Shown piece after piece: positions 37,544 to 46,448 of a DNA stretch of 64,000 nt (the first letter of the stretch is position 1; each line of letters begins with the position of its first letter). Source of the DNA: Candidatus Saccharimonadota bacterium (GTDB taxonomy: Bacteria; Patescibacteriota; Saccharimonadia; Saccharimonadales; CAIOMD01); NCBI GenBank assembly GCA_018062805.1, contig JAGORN010000001.1:805-64804 (forward strand), in the 5' to 3' direction. The position numbers were made by a program, and so were the translations under genes. Below the pieces are notes generated by a model. It worked only from the letters and a program-made list of their open reading frames with translations. It made no database searches and had not been told where the DNA came from.

Positions 37544-37697
37544 TTAAGTATACGAATTAGTCAACACTACGCATAAATGGGCTATAAGCTTCTGATGCGG
37601 TTAGTAGCATTGATTGTATTGGATAGTGGAGCTCAGCTTGGGCTCAATTTTAAATTTAAGATCGTTTATATTGTTTCATAAAGTATAATGTAAATAG

Positions 37698-39080
37698 ATG
37701 AACAATAAAAAAACAACTCTGGAAGATATAGTAAGTTTAGCCAAGCGCCGAGGTTTTATTTTTCAGGGCAGTGAAATTTATGGTGGCCTAGCAGGTACCT
37801 GGGACTACGGCCCTTATGGTCTTATGCTGAAAAAAAATATACTAAATTTATGGTGGCAAATGTTTGTGACCGACCGAGAAGATATTTTCGGTGTAGACGC
37901 GGCTATTTTAATGAACCCCAAGGTGTGGCAGGCTAGTGGCCATGTTGATACTTTTACAGACCCTCTCGTTGAATGCTCTAACTGCAAGGGTCGTTTCAGG
38001 GCCGATAAAATAGACACTTCTAAATGTCCAACTTGCGGACAAAGTGGCACATTTAGTGAACCGAAGCAATTTAATATGATGTTTAAAACATTCGTCGGTC
38101 CTGCAGGTAATGAAGAGATAGCAATTGGTGAACCGTTAGGTGAATCTCATCCTTCAGTTAATTTGAAGGGCAAAAAGGCAATTACTTATGATCCAGGCAG
38201 TATTGCGTATTTAAGGCCAGAAACCGCGCAAGGTATTTTCACTAACTATAAAAATGTCGTCGACACTATTTACCCCGATTTACCGTTTGGTATTGCCCAG
38301 CAGGGCAAGGCATTTAGAAATGAAATAAGCCCAAGAGATTTTATTTTTAGATCTCGAGAATTCGAACAAATGGAAATTGAATATTTTGTTCACCCCGATG
38401 ATTGGCAAGAAGAATTTGAAAAATGGGTAGGATTAGTTAGGGAATGGCTTAGTAAACTAGGTCTTTCGTCCAGCAAAATTAATGAACTTGAGGTGCCCGA
38501 AGATGATCGAGCGCACTATAGCAAGCGTACAATTGACTTTGAGTACGACTATCCTAGTCTTGGCAAGGAAGAGCTGTTAGGTTTAGCTTATCGAACTGAC
38601 TTTGATCTTATGAATATTCAAAACCATAGCGGCAAAAGCGTGGACTACATAATTAAGGTTACCAACCAAAAGATTGTACCCCATGTTATTGAGCCAAGTT
38701 TTGGAGTGGAAAGAACAGTTATGGCTGTATTGTCAGAAGCATATAAAGAAGATGAAATTAACGGTGAAAAGAGGGTTTATCTCGCTTTGCCCGATCATTT
38801 AGCACCTTTAAAATTTGCTGTCAGTCCACTACTTAAAAACAAACCTGAGCTTGTCGCCAAAGCCCGTGAAGTCTATTCTGCTCTTAAGAAAATACATGGC
38901 AATGTGGCTTGGGACGACAACGGCAACATCGGTAAACGCTACCGCCGTCAAGATGAAATTGGCACGCCACGCTGCGTAGTGATAGATTTTGAAACATTAG
39001 AGGATGACACCGTAACTGTCCGCGACCGCGACACCACCAATCAAAGCCGCCTCAAGATTTCCGAATTATTAGAAAGTTAG
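37698..39080 (+). CDS. glyQS: glycyl-tRNA synthetase (dimeric alpha2 type)
   Basis: RRGFIFQGSEIYGGLAGTWDYGPYG, YLRPETAQGIF, FRNEISPRDFIFRSREFEQMEIEYF and IEPSFGVERT. Confidence 0.95.
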   Translation: MNNKKTTLEDIVSLAKRRGFIFQGSEIYGGLAGTWDYGPYGLMLKKNILNLWWQMFVTDREDIFGVDAAILMNPKVWQASGHVDTFTDPLVECSNCKGRFRADKIDTSKCPTCGQSGTFSEPKQFNMMFKTFVGPAGNEEIAIGEPLGESHPSVNLKGKKAITYDPGSIAYLRPETAQGIFTNYKNVVDTIYPDLPFGIAQQGKAFRNEISPRDFIFRSREFEQMEIEYFVHPDDWQEEFEKWVGLVREWLSKLGLSSSKINELEVPEDDRAHYSKRTIDFEYDYPSLGKEELLGLAYRTDFDLMNIQNHSGKSVDYIIKVTNQKIVPHVIEPSFGVERTVMAVLSEAYKEDEINGEKRVYLALPDHLAPLKFAVSPLLKNKPELVAKAREVYSALKKIHGNVAWDDNGNIGKRYRRQDEIGTPRCVVIDFETLEDDTVTVRDRDTTNQSRLKISELLES

Positions 39081-39084
39081 AATT

Positions 39085-39855
39085 ATGTATAAAAATATAA
39101 GTCCAGCAGAGTATAAAGAATTTTTAAATTTACCATCAGACTATAAGGTAGACGGCTTGTTTGTCCACGGTACATGGAATGCTGACCGAGAGGTTAGTAT
39201 TTTGAAAGCGGCCTTAGACCAAACGGAACTTGCTTATGAATTAAAAAAATTTGAAGATTCTTTTTTCTTGAACTTAGGTTACGAGCTTAAAATAAATGGC
39301 AAAGTTATTTGGTTTTTTGTAATTTATGGGGGAGCTTTACTTTCAGAGTATGCTCATTTAGCGACCATCTTTGGATCTAGAAAAAATATATTAATAGGTA
39401 GCTGTGGTGGTTTGAAGAAAGGCGTATATAGTGGCGATATTATTCTGTCAACTGAGAGTAAATCAGATGGCAGTAGCTGTTTTATGTACGATAGGCAACA
39501 TAGCGAACATCAACCCAGTGAGGCATCCATAAGACAGAAGCTAAAGGTTGAACTAGAGAAAAACTTTAAGGTTTTTGAGGGTCCCACCATGACTTGCCAA
39601 GCTATGCTTGCCGAGACAGAAGCTGATGTCAAGGTATGGTCAGAACAAGGTTACTACGGTGTTGAAATGGAAGCTTCTACGCTGTTCGCGGTTTCTAATC
39701 ATTTCGGTGTACCGTCTGCTGCAATTTTACGAGTAGGCGATAATTTAATAGAGAACGAAACTGTCCACTCTGAGTCTTTTGCTAAGAATAAATCTGCAAG
39801 GCTAGAACAAAAGCACGTTCTAAGTAGAGCAGTAATTAGCGAATTAATAAAATAG
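39085..39855 (+). CDS. nucleoside phosphorylase family protein (PNP/UDP-1 fold)
   Basis: GSCGGLKKG, YGVEMEASTLF and LRVGDNL are typical family elements. The substrate is unknown. Confidence 0.6.
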   Translation: MYKNISPAEYKEFLNLPSDYKVDGLFVHGTWNADREVSILKAALDQTELAYELKKFEDSFFLNLGYELKINGKVIWFFVIYGGALLSEYAHLATIFGSRKNILIGSCGGLKKGVYSGDIILSTESKSDGSSCFMYDRQHSEHQPSEASIRQKLKVELEKNFKVFEGPTMTCQAMLAETEADVKVWSEQGYYGVEMEASTLFAVSNHFGVPSAAILRVGDNLIENETVHSESFAKNKSARLEQKHVLSRAVISELIK

Positions 39856-39957
39856 ATTAAGACAAATTTTAACTAGTTTAAAAGGCTAAGTTAGGTTAGT
39901 GGGCAAGCGGTTGAACGCTGGCGCCTAAAAACTTTTCTTAGCCTTTTTTGCACCTCC

Positions 39958-40254
39958 TCAGTTAGGTGGATGGTTGTGGATGTGGATGGTTGGTTGGTTG
40001 TCGTGCCGGTTCCTACGCCGACGGAAGTGCTGGCGAACAGCAAACGCAACTCCGCCAGTGAACAGCAGGGTTACGACGACGGTCCAGAATGGCTTGTTGG
40101 CCAGACCGAACCGCCACAGGTCGGCAAGTAGAAAGACGCCAACGAACAAGCTGACACTAGCAAGCGCCCAGTCAAGAACAGACTTCTTTTTGCGCGACAC
40201 TAGGGCCGCGCAGACCAAAATTCCGACGGCACTGATGACGAAGTATTCCTCCAT
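39958..40254 (-). CDS. small membrane protein (3 TM) encoded in a 55-58% GC patch
   Basis: MEEYFVISAVGILVCAALV...FWTVVVTLLFTGGVAFAV...RRRRNRHDNQPTIHIHNHPPN. GAGAGG SD 7 nt upstream. A sampled line (40021-40080) has 35 of 60 G+C, against about 37% in the neighbouring gene. Confidence 0.65.
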   Translation of the reverse strand: MEEYFVISAVGILVCAALVSRKKKSVLDWALASVSLFVGVFLLADLWRFGLANKPFWTVVVTLLFTGGVAFAVRQHFRRRRNRHDNQPTIHIHNHPPN

Positions 40255-40314
40255 TATTAACCTCTCTAAGTTGGTAAGGTGCTGAAAAAATTATAACACA
40301 CAAATACTATAATA

Positions 40315-40342
40315 TTGACAAAATACAAAAAAAGTGTATAAT
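40315..40342 (+). promoter_or_regulatory. consensus sigma70 promoter TTGACA-16-TGtTATAAT
   Basis: TTGACA at 40315-40320, a 16-nt spacer ending in GTG, then TATAAT at 40337-40342. The downstream gene has an AAGGAA SD. Confidence 0.7.
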
Positions 40343-40380
40343 GTATAGTACAGTTTGAAAATAAAAAAGGAAACCAAAAA

Positions 40381-40602
40381 ATGTCACTAAAAGAATTATT
40401 AAGAGAAGCAAACGGCCCAGAAGCATACGAAGAACTAGCAAGAGTAAGAAGCGAGCGAAAATATTCGACTTATGAACTAGAGTTAATGGAAAGAATAGAA
40501 AAAGCCGATCACAATGGTGACGGTGTTTTAGATCCAGACGATTCGTTAGAGCTTCATCATGGAAATATCCCAGAGCAAAGAAACCCAAAAGACGAAAAAT
40601 AA
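40381..40602 (+). CDS. small protein with a single EF-hand-like calcium-binding loop
   Basis: DHNGDGVLDPDD fits the 12-residue EF-hand loop pattern (D1, N3, D5, G6, hydrophobic at 8, D12). Confidence 0.55.
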   Translation: MSLKELLREANGPEAYEELARVRSERKYSTYELELMERIEKADHNGDGVLDPDDSLELHHGNIPEQRNPKDEK

Positions 40603-40620
40603 ATTATAATCGAGAAAAAG

Positions 40621-41163
40621 ATGGAAACTTATGGTTATAAGAATAAAGAGCCCAAGCAAGTATTTATAGATATTGCAGTGCCGGCAGATGCTGAAGAAAT
40701 TGATAATATAATGAAAGATACTTGGCGGGCAATTTATCTATCGCCAGAAAACGGAGTCAGCCAGCAGTGGCTGGATGAAACGGCTGAAACATTCAGCTCG
40801 GAATATATAGTTGAAAAGTTAGAAAACAATAAAGATAACCCGAACCATCTTTTTATATTAGCTAGAGCTCCAGACGGCCAAATGTTAGGTTTTTTACAAG
40901 GCATAAAAGAGCCCGAGTTTAATGAGCTTCGGTCAATTTATTTGTCTACCGACCAAATTGGCAAGGGAACTGGGGGCTTACTTATGCGCCATTTTCTTAA
41001 TTGGGCAGATAGTACTAAACCCAGCCACTTAGAAGTGGCTTCATATAACAAAAGGGCAACTGGTTTTTATGAACGGTATGGTTTTAAGAAAACAGATGAA
41101 AAGATAGAAAAATTTTTAGGTGTGATACCCCAAACTCGCATGGTCCGCCCACCAATAAAATAA
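40621..41163 (+). CDS. GNAT-family N-acetyltransferase
   Basis: The QIGKGTGGLLMRHF (Q/RxxGxG/A acetyl-CoA loop) and ATGFYERYGFKK motifs. Confidence 0.8.
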   Translation: METYGYKNKEPKQVFIDIAVPADAEEIDNIMKDTWRAIYLSPENGVSQQWLDETAETFSSEYIVEKLENNKDNPNHLFILARAPDGQMLGFLQGIKEPEFNELRSIYLSTDQIGKGTGGLLMRHFLNWADSTKPSHLEVASYNKRATGFYERYGFKKTDEKIEKFLGVIPQTRMVRPPIK

Positions 41164-41284
41164 ACTCTATTTTTTTAGAAACTGAACTATAGAGTTTTGT
41201 AAATGGGTTCATAGTGTCCAAATTGTATTAACATAATCTTTATTGTAAAATTACAGGTAACGGTAATAAAAGGAAAAATTCAAC

Positions 41285-42718
41285 ATGGAAGAAAATAATG
41301 AGCAAGCTCCGCAGCAGCCTAACCCAGAATATCAACAACAATTCCAACAACAAGCAGATATTTATAATGAACAAGAAAATACAGATTATAAGTCAGATTT
41401 GGGTAACCGTTCTTTTACTGAAAAAATTATGTTCACAAAACCTGAACCGCCTATTGAAATGACTGCAGTGGACATGGCCCATGAGGAGGCGCTAACGGTA
41501 GATTCTGTTATAAATAAGGCGGTTGAAGCTGGCTCGGAAGATACGCCTCAAGAAATTGCCGAAACCGTTTTAACTAGTAAAGAATTCGGCCTAAAAACAC
41601 CTGAAGAGCTAGAGAGAAGGGAACGGTTACTTAGAGACGGAACCGAAGCAGTGGCAAAAGTTTATAGCGCGGACATAGATGAATCTTGGGAAGAAGTTGG
41701 AAGAGTAACTAGGAAAATGAGCCCTGAAGATGCTGTTCAAATGCGGATGGCACTAAGAGAACTAGTTAGTGACTATATTGAAACTTGTATTAAGGCTGGT
41801 GACAAAGAAGACCTAACTAAGATTGCGTTAGAAAATAGCATAGACGGTATCGGCGGAGTAGAAGCTTACAAAGATTTTCCAAGAGAAATTATTAACTTAG
41901 AAGCTTTTCAGGGCAAAATGGCTGGGCACATCGAAGATGGCACAAGAAGACAAGGATATACTTTTGAGTCAAACGCTGTGTTAGTTAGAAGCCGAGCTGA
42001 AACGGTGACATCTAATGGTCTAATGGAGCAAGAAGCCCTAAAAGCAGTCATTGAGGGCGAAGTTGTTCAGGCGTTTTGCCAAACAGGCATCGAAGATGGC
42101 ACAAGAAGACAAGGATATACTTTTGAGTCAAACGCTGGGTTAGTTAGAAGCCGAGCTGACTGGGTTAGAGATCAACACCTCATGACTGATGAAATAATAG
42201 ATAAGGTTATTAAAAGTCAGACAATCCAGGAATTTTGCCAAACAGGCATCGAAGATGGCACAAGAAGACAAGGATATACTTTTGAGTCAAACGCTGTGTT
42301 AGTTAGAAGCCGAGCTGAAACGGTGACATCTAATGGTCTAATGGAGCAAGAAGCCCTAAAAGCAGTCATTGAGGGCGAAGTTGTTCAGGCGTTTTGCCAA
42401 ACAGGCATCGAAGATGGCACAAGAAGACAAGGATATACTTTTGAGTCAAACGCTGGGTTAGTTAGAAGCCGAGCTGACTGGGTTAGAGATCAACACCTCA
42501 TGACTGATGAAATAATAGATAAGGTTATTAAAAGTCAGACAATCCAGGAATTTTGCCAAACAGGCATCGAAGATGGCACAAGAAGACAGGGATATACTTT
42601 TGAGTCAAACGCTGTGTTAGTTAGAAGTCGAGCTGATACCGTAACGGCATATGACCTAATGGAAAAGGCTAAGGCTGATGCAATTACTCAGGCGGCCTTA
42701 GATAGCATGCGACGATAG
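41285..42718 (+). CDS. acidic repeat protein with five 53-aa tandem repeats (unknown family)
   Basis: There is no signal peptide. Repeats begin (G/T)(H/G)IEDGTRRQGYTFESNA(V/G)LVRSRA and alternate between two subtypes in the order A-B-A-B-A'. Confidence 0.75.
   Translation: MEENNEQAPQQPNPEYQQQFQQQADIYNEQENTDYKSDLGNRSFTEKIMFTKPEPPIEMTAVDMAHEEALTVDSVINKAVEAGSEDTPQEIAETVLTSKEFGLKTPEELERRERLLRDGTEAVAKVYSADIDESWEEVGRVTRKMSPEDAVQMRMALRELVSDYIETCIKAGDKEDLTKIALENSIDGIGGVEAYKDFPREIINLEAFQGKMAGHIEDGTRRQGYTFESNAVLVRSRAETVTSNGLMEQEALKAVIEGEVVQAFCQTGIEDGTRRQGYTFESNAGLVRSRADWVRDQHLMTDEIIDKVIKSQTIQEFCQTGIEDGTRRQGYTFESNAVLVRSRAETVTSNGLMEQEALKAVIEGEVVQAFCQTGIEDGTRRQGYTFESNAGLVRSRADWVRDQHLMTDEIIDKVIKSQTIQEFCQTGIEDGTRRQGYTFESNAVLVRSRADTVTAYDLMEKAKADAITQAALDSMRR
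41929..42718 (+). repeat. five in-frame 159-nt tandem repeats; 41929-42246 and 42247-42564 form a perfect 318-bp duplication
   Basis: Units start at 41929, 42088, 42247, 42406 and 42565. By direct comparison unit 1 equals unit 3 and unit 2 equals unit 4, base for base. Unit 5 diverges after about 70 nt. Confidence 0.9.
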
Positions 42719-42789
42719 TAGTTTAGTAATTATATAAAAACATTAACATAGAATTTTTAGCTTTTTGCGAATGATATTCGCATTTTGCC

Positions 42790-43539
42790 ATGGATTTTAT
42801 AAATATAGTTATTATTGCTATTAGTGAATTTTTGGTAGCAATATTTAGTTCGGTTGCCCAAGGTGGAGGTAATTATATAATTCTTCCGCTAATGCTAGGC
42901 GTTGATGTTACGCCAGTTGCTGCAAGCGCAGCCTTAACGGTATCTAACCTAGGCTTTAGTAGTGGAAACATATTAGGCCTAAAAGGGGTACATGTAAAAG
43001 ATAAGCAAACCTTGTTAGTCTTAATGGTGCTTGGTAGCCTGACAGGCCTAGGTGTTCCGTTCATATTGGCTCATATGAGTAGCTATTTATATAGCTTAAT
43101 AATAGGAATATTCATTATTTTAATTACCCCTATTATGCATTTTAAGCCTTTTGGCATAGAAAGCACCGAAACTACCAATAAACAAAAAATAAAAGGTTAC
43201 ATGTTACTGGCTCTAATTTTTGTGGTTGCCAGATTTACGCTAGGAGTAGGGGCTTTATTTACTTATGTGCTGAGTCGTTACTGTGGTCATAGCGTTATAG
43301 AAGCTAACTTAACTAGAAAGGTCGCTGGGCTTGTTGGTAGCAGTGTAACTGCGGTTGGTGTAATAGTTGCTGGTTTTGTTAATTGGCCAATAACTATTAG
43401 TTTGACAGTTAGCTCAATTTTGGGTGGTTACATTGGTGCTAGAATTGTCGTGAAAAAAGGTAACGCCTGGACGGCTAAAGTGCTTTCTATAACTATGTTG
43501 GCTAGCGGTGTTATACTTATATTTACAAGCTTAAAATAA
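42790..43539 (+). CDS. TauE/SafE-like anion exporter family membrane protein
   Basis: 249-aa polytopic protein with Gly-rich helices. The family assignment comes from overall pattern only. Confidence 0.5.
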   Translation: MDFINIVIIAISEFLVAIFSSVAQGGGNYIILPLMLGVDVTPVAASAALTVSNLGFSSGNILGLKGVHVKDKQTLLVLMVLGSLTGLGVPFILAHMSSYLYSLIIGIFIILITPIMHFKPFGIESTETTNKQKIKGYMLLALIFVVARFTLGVGALFTYVLSRYCGHSVIEANLTRKVAGLVGSSVTAVGVIVAGFVNWPITISLTVSSILGGYIGARIVVKKGNAWTAKVLSITMLASGVILIFTSLK

Positions 43540-43606
43540 AAGCAAAGAGTAAATATAGAGCAAGTAAGGTTCTGATATTAAAAGGAATACAATATACATA
43601 CGAGAA

Positions 43607-44131
43607 ATGAAACTAGAAGATGTTGACGCTGTAGACAGGGTGAGACAAAATTCTTGGGTAGATAGCTACGAAAGTAAAGAGTACGCTGTAAGCCCTGACT
43701 TAATTAATGATTATTTTGCTTACCGCCGGAAAAAACAGAATAAAGCCGAAAAACTGAATAGAATTAAGGCTGAACTAGATGACATAAATGCATACACCAA
43801 GGTAGCAACTAGTGAAGATGGGCGAGTTGTTGGAATGATTTTTGGCAAAAAAAATTCAGCCACCGAAGCCACTTTGGGAGCTTTGTACTTAGAACCTAGC
43901 TATATTGGTAAGGGTAATGGTAGGTTGCTTATGGACGGTTTTATAGAATGGCTAGGTAAGGGTGTGGAGTGTGACTTGTTTGTGGTTAACTATAATGAGC
44001 GAGCTATAAAGTTTTATGAAAAATATGGTTTTGAAATAGCAAGCACGGAGCCAGCCAAAGAGCTGCACTTAGATGACAGCCACCCCTTAGTGGCTAAAAT
44101 GTTAGTAATAAAAATGATTAGGCAAGGTTAG
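43607..44131 (+). CDS. GNAT-family N-acetyltransferase
   Basis: YIGKGNGRLLMDGF and AIKFYEKYGFE motifs. Confidence 0.78.
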   Translation: MKLEDVDAVDRVRQNSWVDSYESKEYAVSPDLINDYFAYRRKKQNKAEKLNRIKAELDDINAYTKVATSEDGRVVGMIFGKKNSATEATLGALYLEPSYIGKGNGRLLMDGFIEWLGKGVECDLFVVNYNERAIKFYEKYGFEIASTEPAKELHLDDSHPLVAKMLVIKMIRQG

Positions 44132-44138
44132 CAAAAAA

Positions 44139-44771
44139 ATGAGTAAATTTAATAGTAATTTTGTGCCAGAAGTAAGAATTCTATTTTCTGATCTTTTGTA
44201 CTATAACGAATCACAGATTTTGGCTAAAAATTATAAAAAACATGTTAAACCTATAGATTTTTGTAACAATAGAATTAAAGAGTATAGAGACGCATGGGAG
44301 CCGAAGCAAAAAACAATTTTGCTAGGCATGCAAGATATTTACAAGCTAAATTTTTATCGTCCGGTTATAGATTCGATTGTTGCGCCGTTTTTTGCACCCA
44401 TGAGCATTCCAATTATTTTAAATTTTAGGTCAGAGCCCGATGCCTTTATTGATATTCTGACTCACGAACTTTTTCATAATTTATTCAACGATAATCATAA
44501 AGTAAACTACCTAACGAGACATAATTTACTGAATGCATGGAAGGACCTTTTTGGTAAAGACATCGAGCCAAAAGTTTTGGTTCACATTATGGTTCATGCT
44601 GGGCTCAAAGCAATTTATTTAGATGTTTTGAATGAACCTTACAGGCTAGAAAGAGATGTGAGCGAGTGCCAACAGTGGCCAGCATACAAGGCGGCTTGGG
44701 ACTATGTTGAGCAGAATGGTTACAGGGAAATCAACCATACAATTAGAAATTTGTATCAAAAATTCAGTTGA
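44139..44771 (+). CDS. hypothetical protein with an HExxH motif (possible zinc metallopeptidase)
   Basis: LTHELFHNLF is the only recognisable element. Confidence 0.45.
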   Translation: MSKFNSNFVPEVRILFSDLLYYNESQILAKNYKKHVKPIDFCNNRIKEYRDAWEPKQKTILLGMQDIYKLNFYRPVIDSIVAPFFAPMSIPIILNFRSEPDAFIDILTHELFHNLFNDNHKVNYLTRHNLLNAWKDLFGKDIEPKVLVHIMVHAGLKAIYLDVLNEPYRLERDVSECQQWPAYKAAWDYVEQNGYREINHTIRNLYQKFS

Positions 44772-44835
44772 ACTTCAGGTTGGAGGAGCATAGTGCGTAG
44801 ACAGAGAAATGTAACTCTCTAGAATCGTAGGAATT

Positions 44836-45417
44836 GTGAAAAAAACGACAAGTTTAACTGTGCTGAGTAGTTTAGCGGTAATTGCTTTAGTGGCTTCTAG
44901 CGCTAGTGTCGTTCAAGCAAGAGGCAGTAATGGCAATGGAAACGGTATGAACGGAAAAAATCGACAACAACAAATTGTTCAGGCTGACGTTAATGAATCC
45001 CAGAAAAACACGGCTAGCTATATGCTAGAAGAAGAAAAATTAGCCCACGACCTGTACAGCGCCTTTTATGATAAATGGGGAACTAAAATTTTTAGTAACA
45101 TATCAAAGAGCGAAACCAAGCATCAGCAAGCAGTTAGCAGGCTTCTCAGCTCGCTAGGTGTTAATGTTACTGTATCTGACAAACAGGGAGTTTTCACGAA
45201 CTCAGATTTGCAAGCTTTGTATAACAAATTATATGCAAAAGGTATGACCAGCCAAAAAGATGCGCTCGAAGTTGGCAAAATTGTCGAAGAAACTGACATT
45301 GCTGACCTAAAAGATGCTATTTCGAAAAGTACTACCGATGCAGAAAAAAATACTTATAACCGTCTGCTAAAAGGGTCTAATAATCACCTAAAAGCTTTTA
45401 ACAAGCAACTCAATTAA
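44836..45417 (+). CDS. secreted ferritin-like (DUF2202-type) protein
   Basis: Signal peptide MKKTTSLTVLSSLAVIALVASSASVVQA. Paired helices EEEKLAHDLYSAFYDKWG...SETKHQQAV and VGKIVEETDIADL...NHLKAF. Confidence 0.55.
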   Translation: MKKTTSLTVLSSLAVIALVASSASVVQARGSNGNGNGMNGKNRQQQIVQADVNESQKNTASYMLEEEKLAHDLYSAFYDKWGTKIFSNISKSETKHQQAVSRLLSSLGVNVTVSDKQGVFTNSDLQALYNKLYAKGMTSQKDALEVGKIVEETDIADLKDAISKSTTDAEKNTYNRLLKGSNNHLKAFNKQLN

Positions 45418-45476
45418 ACTAGAGTAAAGTTGCAATATTTGTAGTATGAGCATTATTATGTTTTAATTACTTCGTT

Positions 45477-46133
45477 ATGATGTCAGATTTTCGTAAGCAA
45501 AACAACCTCAGAACTAGTAGGGTATTTAACAATACTTTAGCTAGCCTAAAAGATCAGAAAGTACTAGGCTATAAACAACCTTTAGACGAAGTTTATGCCG
45601 ATTTGCATGAAGATAAATATTTTTATCAAACTTTTGTTGGGCAAAGAGATTATGCCAGAAAATATCCGGTACCATTGACTGTGTACGGTGTTTTGCGCGG
45701 TCAAGGAAAACCTGGTTTGAAACCTATAGAAATTGAGATAAACCGAAATGTACAGCAGCCTGAGCAATATAGTTTTCTTCGAGAAGTGCTTGAGTACGAA
45801 GAAGGTCAAGACAAGAATTTGCAAGCTTATATACATAGTAGTCTGGGTCAAACTGCCCTCAGAGAAGTGCCTCTGCCAAGAGGATTATTTGCTGCGCTCG
45901 AAGTTCAAAATACTCAAAGAGGAAAACACAAAGAGGCTGTTTTATTCGTCCCCAAGTCAGTTATTTATAGTATTAAACCCATAAATGAATCTCTACAAAA
46001 TTTAGCTCAAATGAGAGGATCAAACTCCGACAGATTACAACAAACTAATTTCGATTTTGAAAAACTCGAAGTGGTAGCATCTAAGTTAGCTTTGAGTGCA
46101 ATATATAATGCTTTCAGGCCAAAATTGGTGTAA
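45477..46133 (+). CDS. hypothetical protein
   Basis: 218-aa ORF. I recognise no motif. Confidence 0.5.
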   Translation: MMSDFRKQNNLRTSRVFNNTLASLKDQKVLGYKQPLDEVYADLHEDKYFYQTFVGQRDYARKYPVPLTVYGVLRGQGKPGLKPIEIEINRNVQQPEQYSFLREVLEYEEGQDKNLQAYIHSSLGQTALREVPLPRGLFAALEVQNTQRGKHKEAVLFVPKSVIYSIKPINESLQNLAQMRGSNSDRLQQTNFDFEKLEVVASKLALSAIYNAFRPKLV

Positions 46134-46145
46134 AATATTTAGGTT

Positions 46146-46406
46146 ATGAAGACTTTAATTGTAGATGTTCGGGAACCAAGTGAATTTGCCAGAGGACATG
46201 TTGAGGGTGCTGTTAATATACCTCCAAGCCAACTAATGGCTGGTGCACCTCAGCTAAATAATGTGCCAAAAGATACCCAAATTATTCTTTATTGCTTAAG
46301 TGGCTCAAGAAGCAACTCATCTATGCGCTTTTTGCAGGCCATGGGATTTACAAACTTAGTTAACGGCATAAATAAAGACCAAGTCAACAAACTGCTAGGT
46401 AGGTAA
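46146..46406 (+). CDS. single-domain rhodanese-like sulfurtransferase
   Basis: VDVREPSEFARGHVEGAVNIP and the active-site loop YCLSGSRS. Confidence 0.8.
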   Translation: MKTLIVDVREPSEFARGHVEGAVNIPPSQLMAGAPQLNNVPKDTQIILYCLSGSRSNSSMRFLQAMGFTNLVNGINKDQVNKLLGR

Positions 46407-46448
46407 CTTTTTTGACAAAAATAGTCTCTAGAGGTGTATAATCTGTTC

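Noticed and set aside
39974-40285. 103-aa + strand ORF overlapping the GC-rich patch
   Set aside because: It is the antisense frame of the 39958-40254 (-) gene. It is Arg/Ser/Thr-rich with no SD, whereas the minus-strand frame gives three clean TM helices and has a GAGAGG SD.
40307-40588. 93-aa minus-strand ORF (Leu/Phe-rich)
   Set aside because: It runs antisense to the EF-hand ORF and through the consensus + strand promoter. Its composition is typical of antisense reading of an A-rich coding region.
41929-42718. Tandem repeats as a diversity-generating retroelement (TR/VR pair) or a CRISPR-like array
   Set aside because: The units are contiguous, 159 nt long and in frame within one ORF. 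The differences between subtypes are not adenine-specific. No reverse transcriptase gene is nearby.
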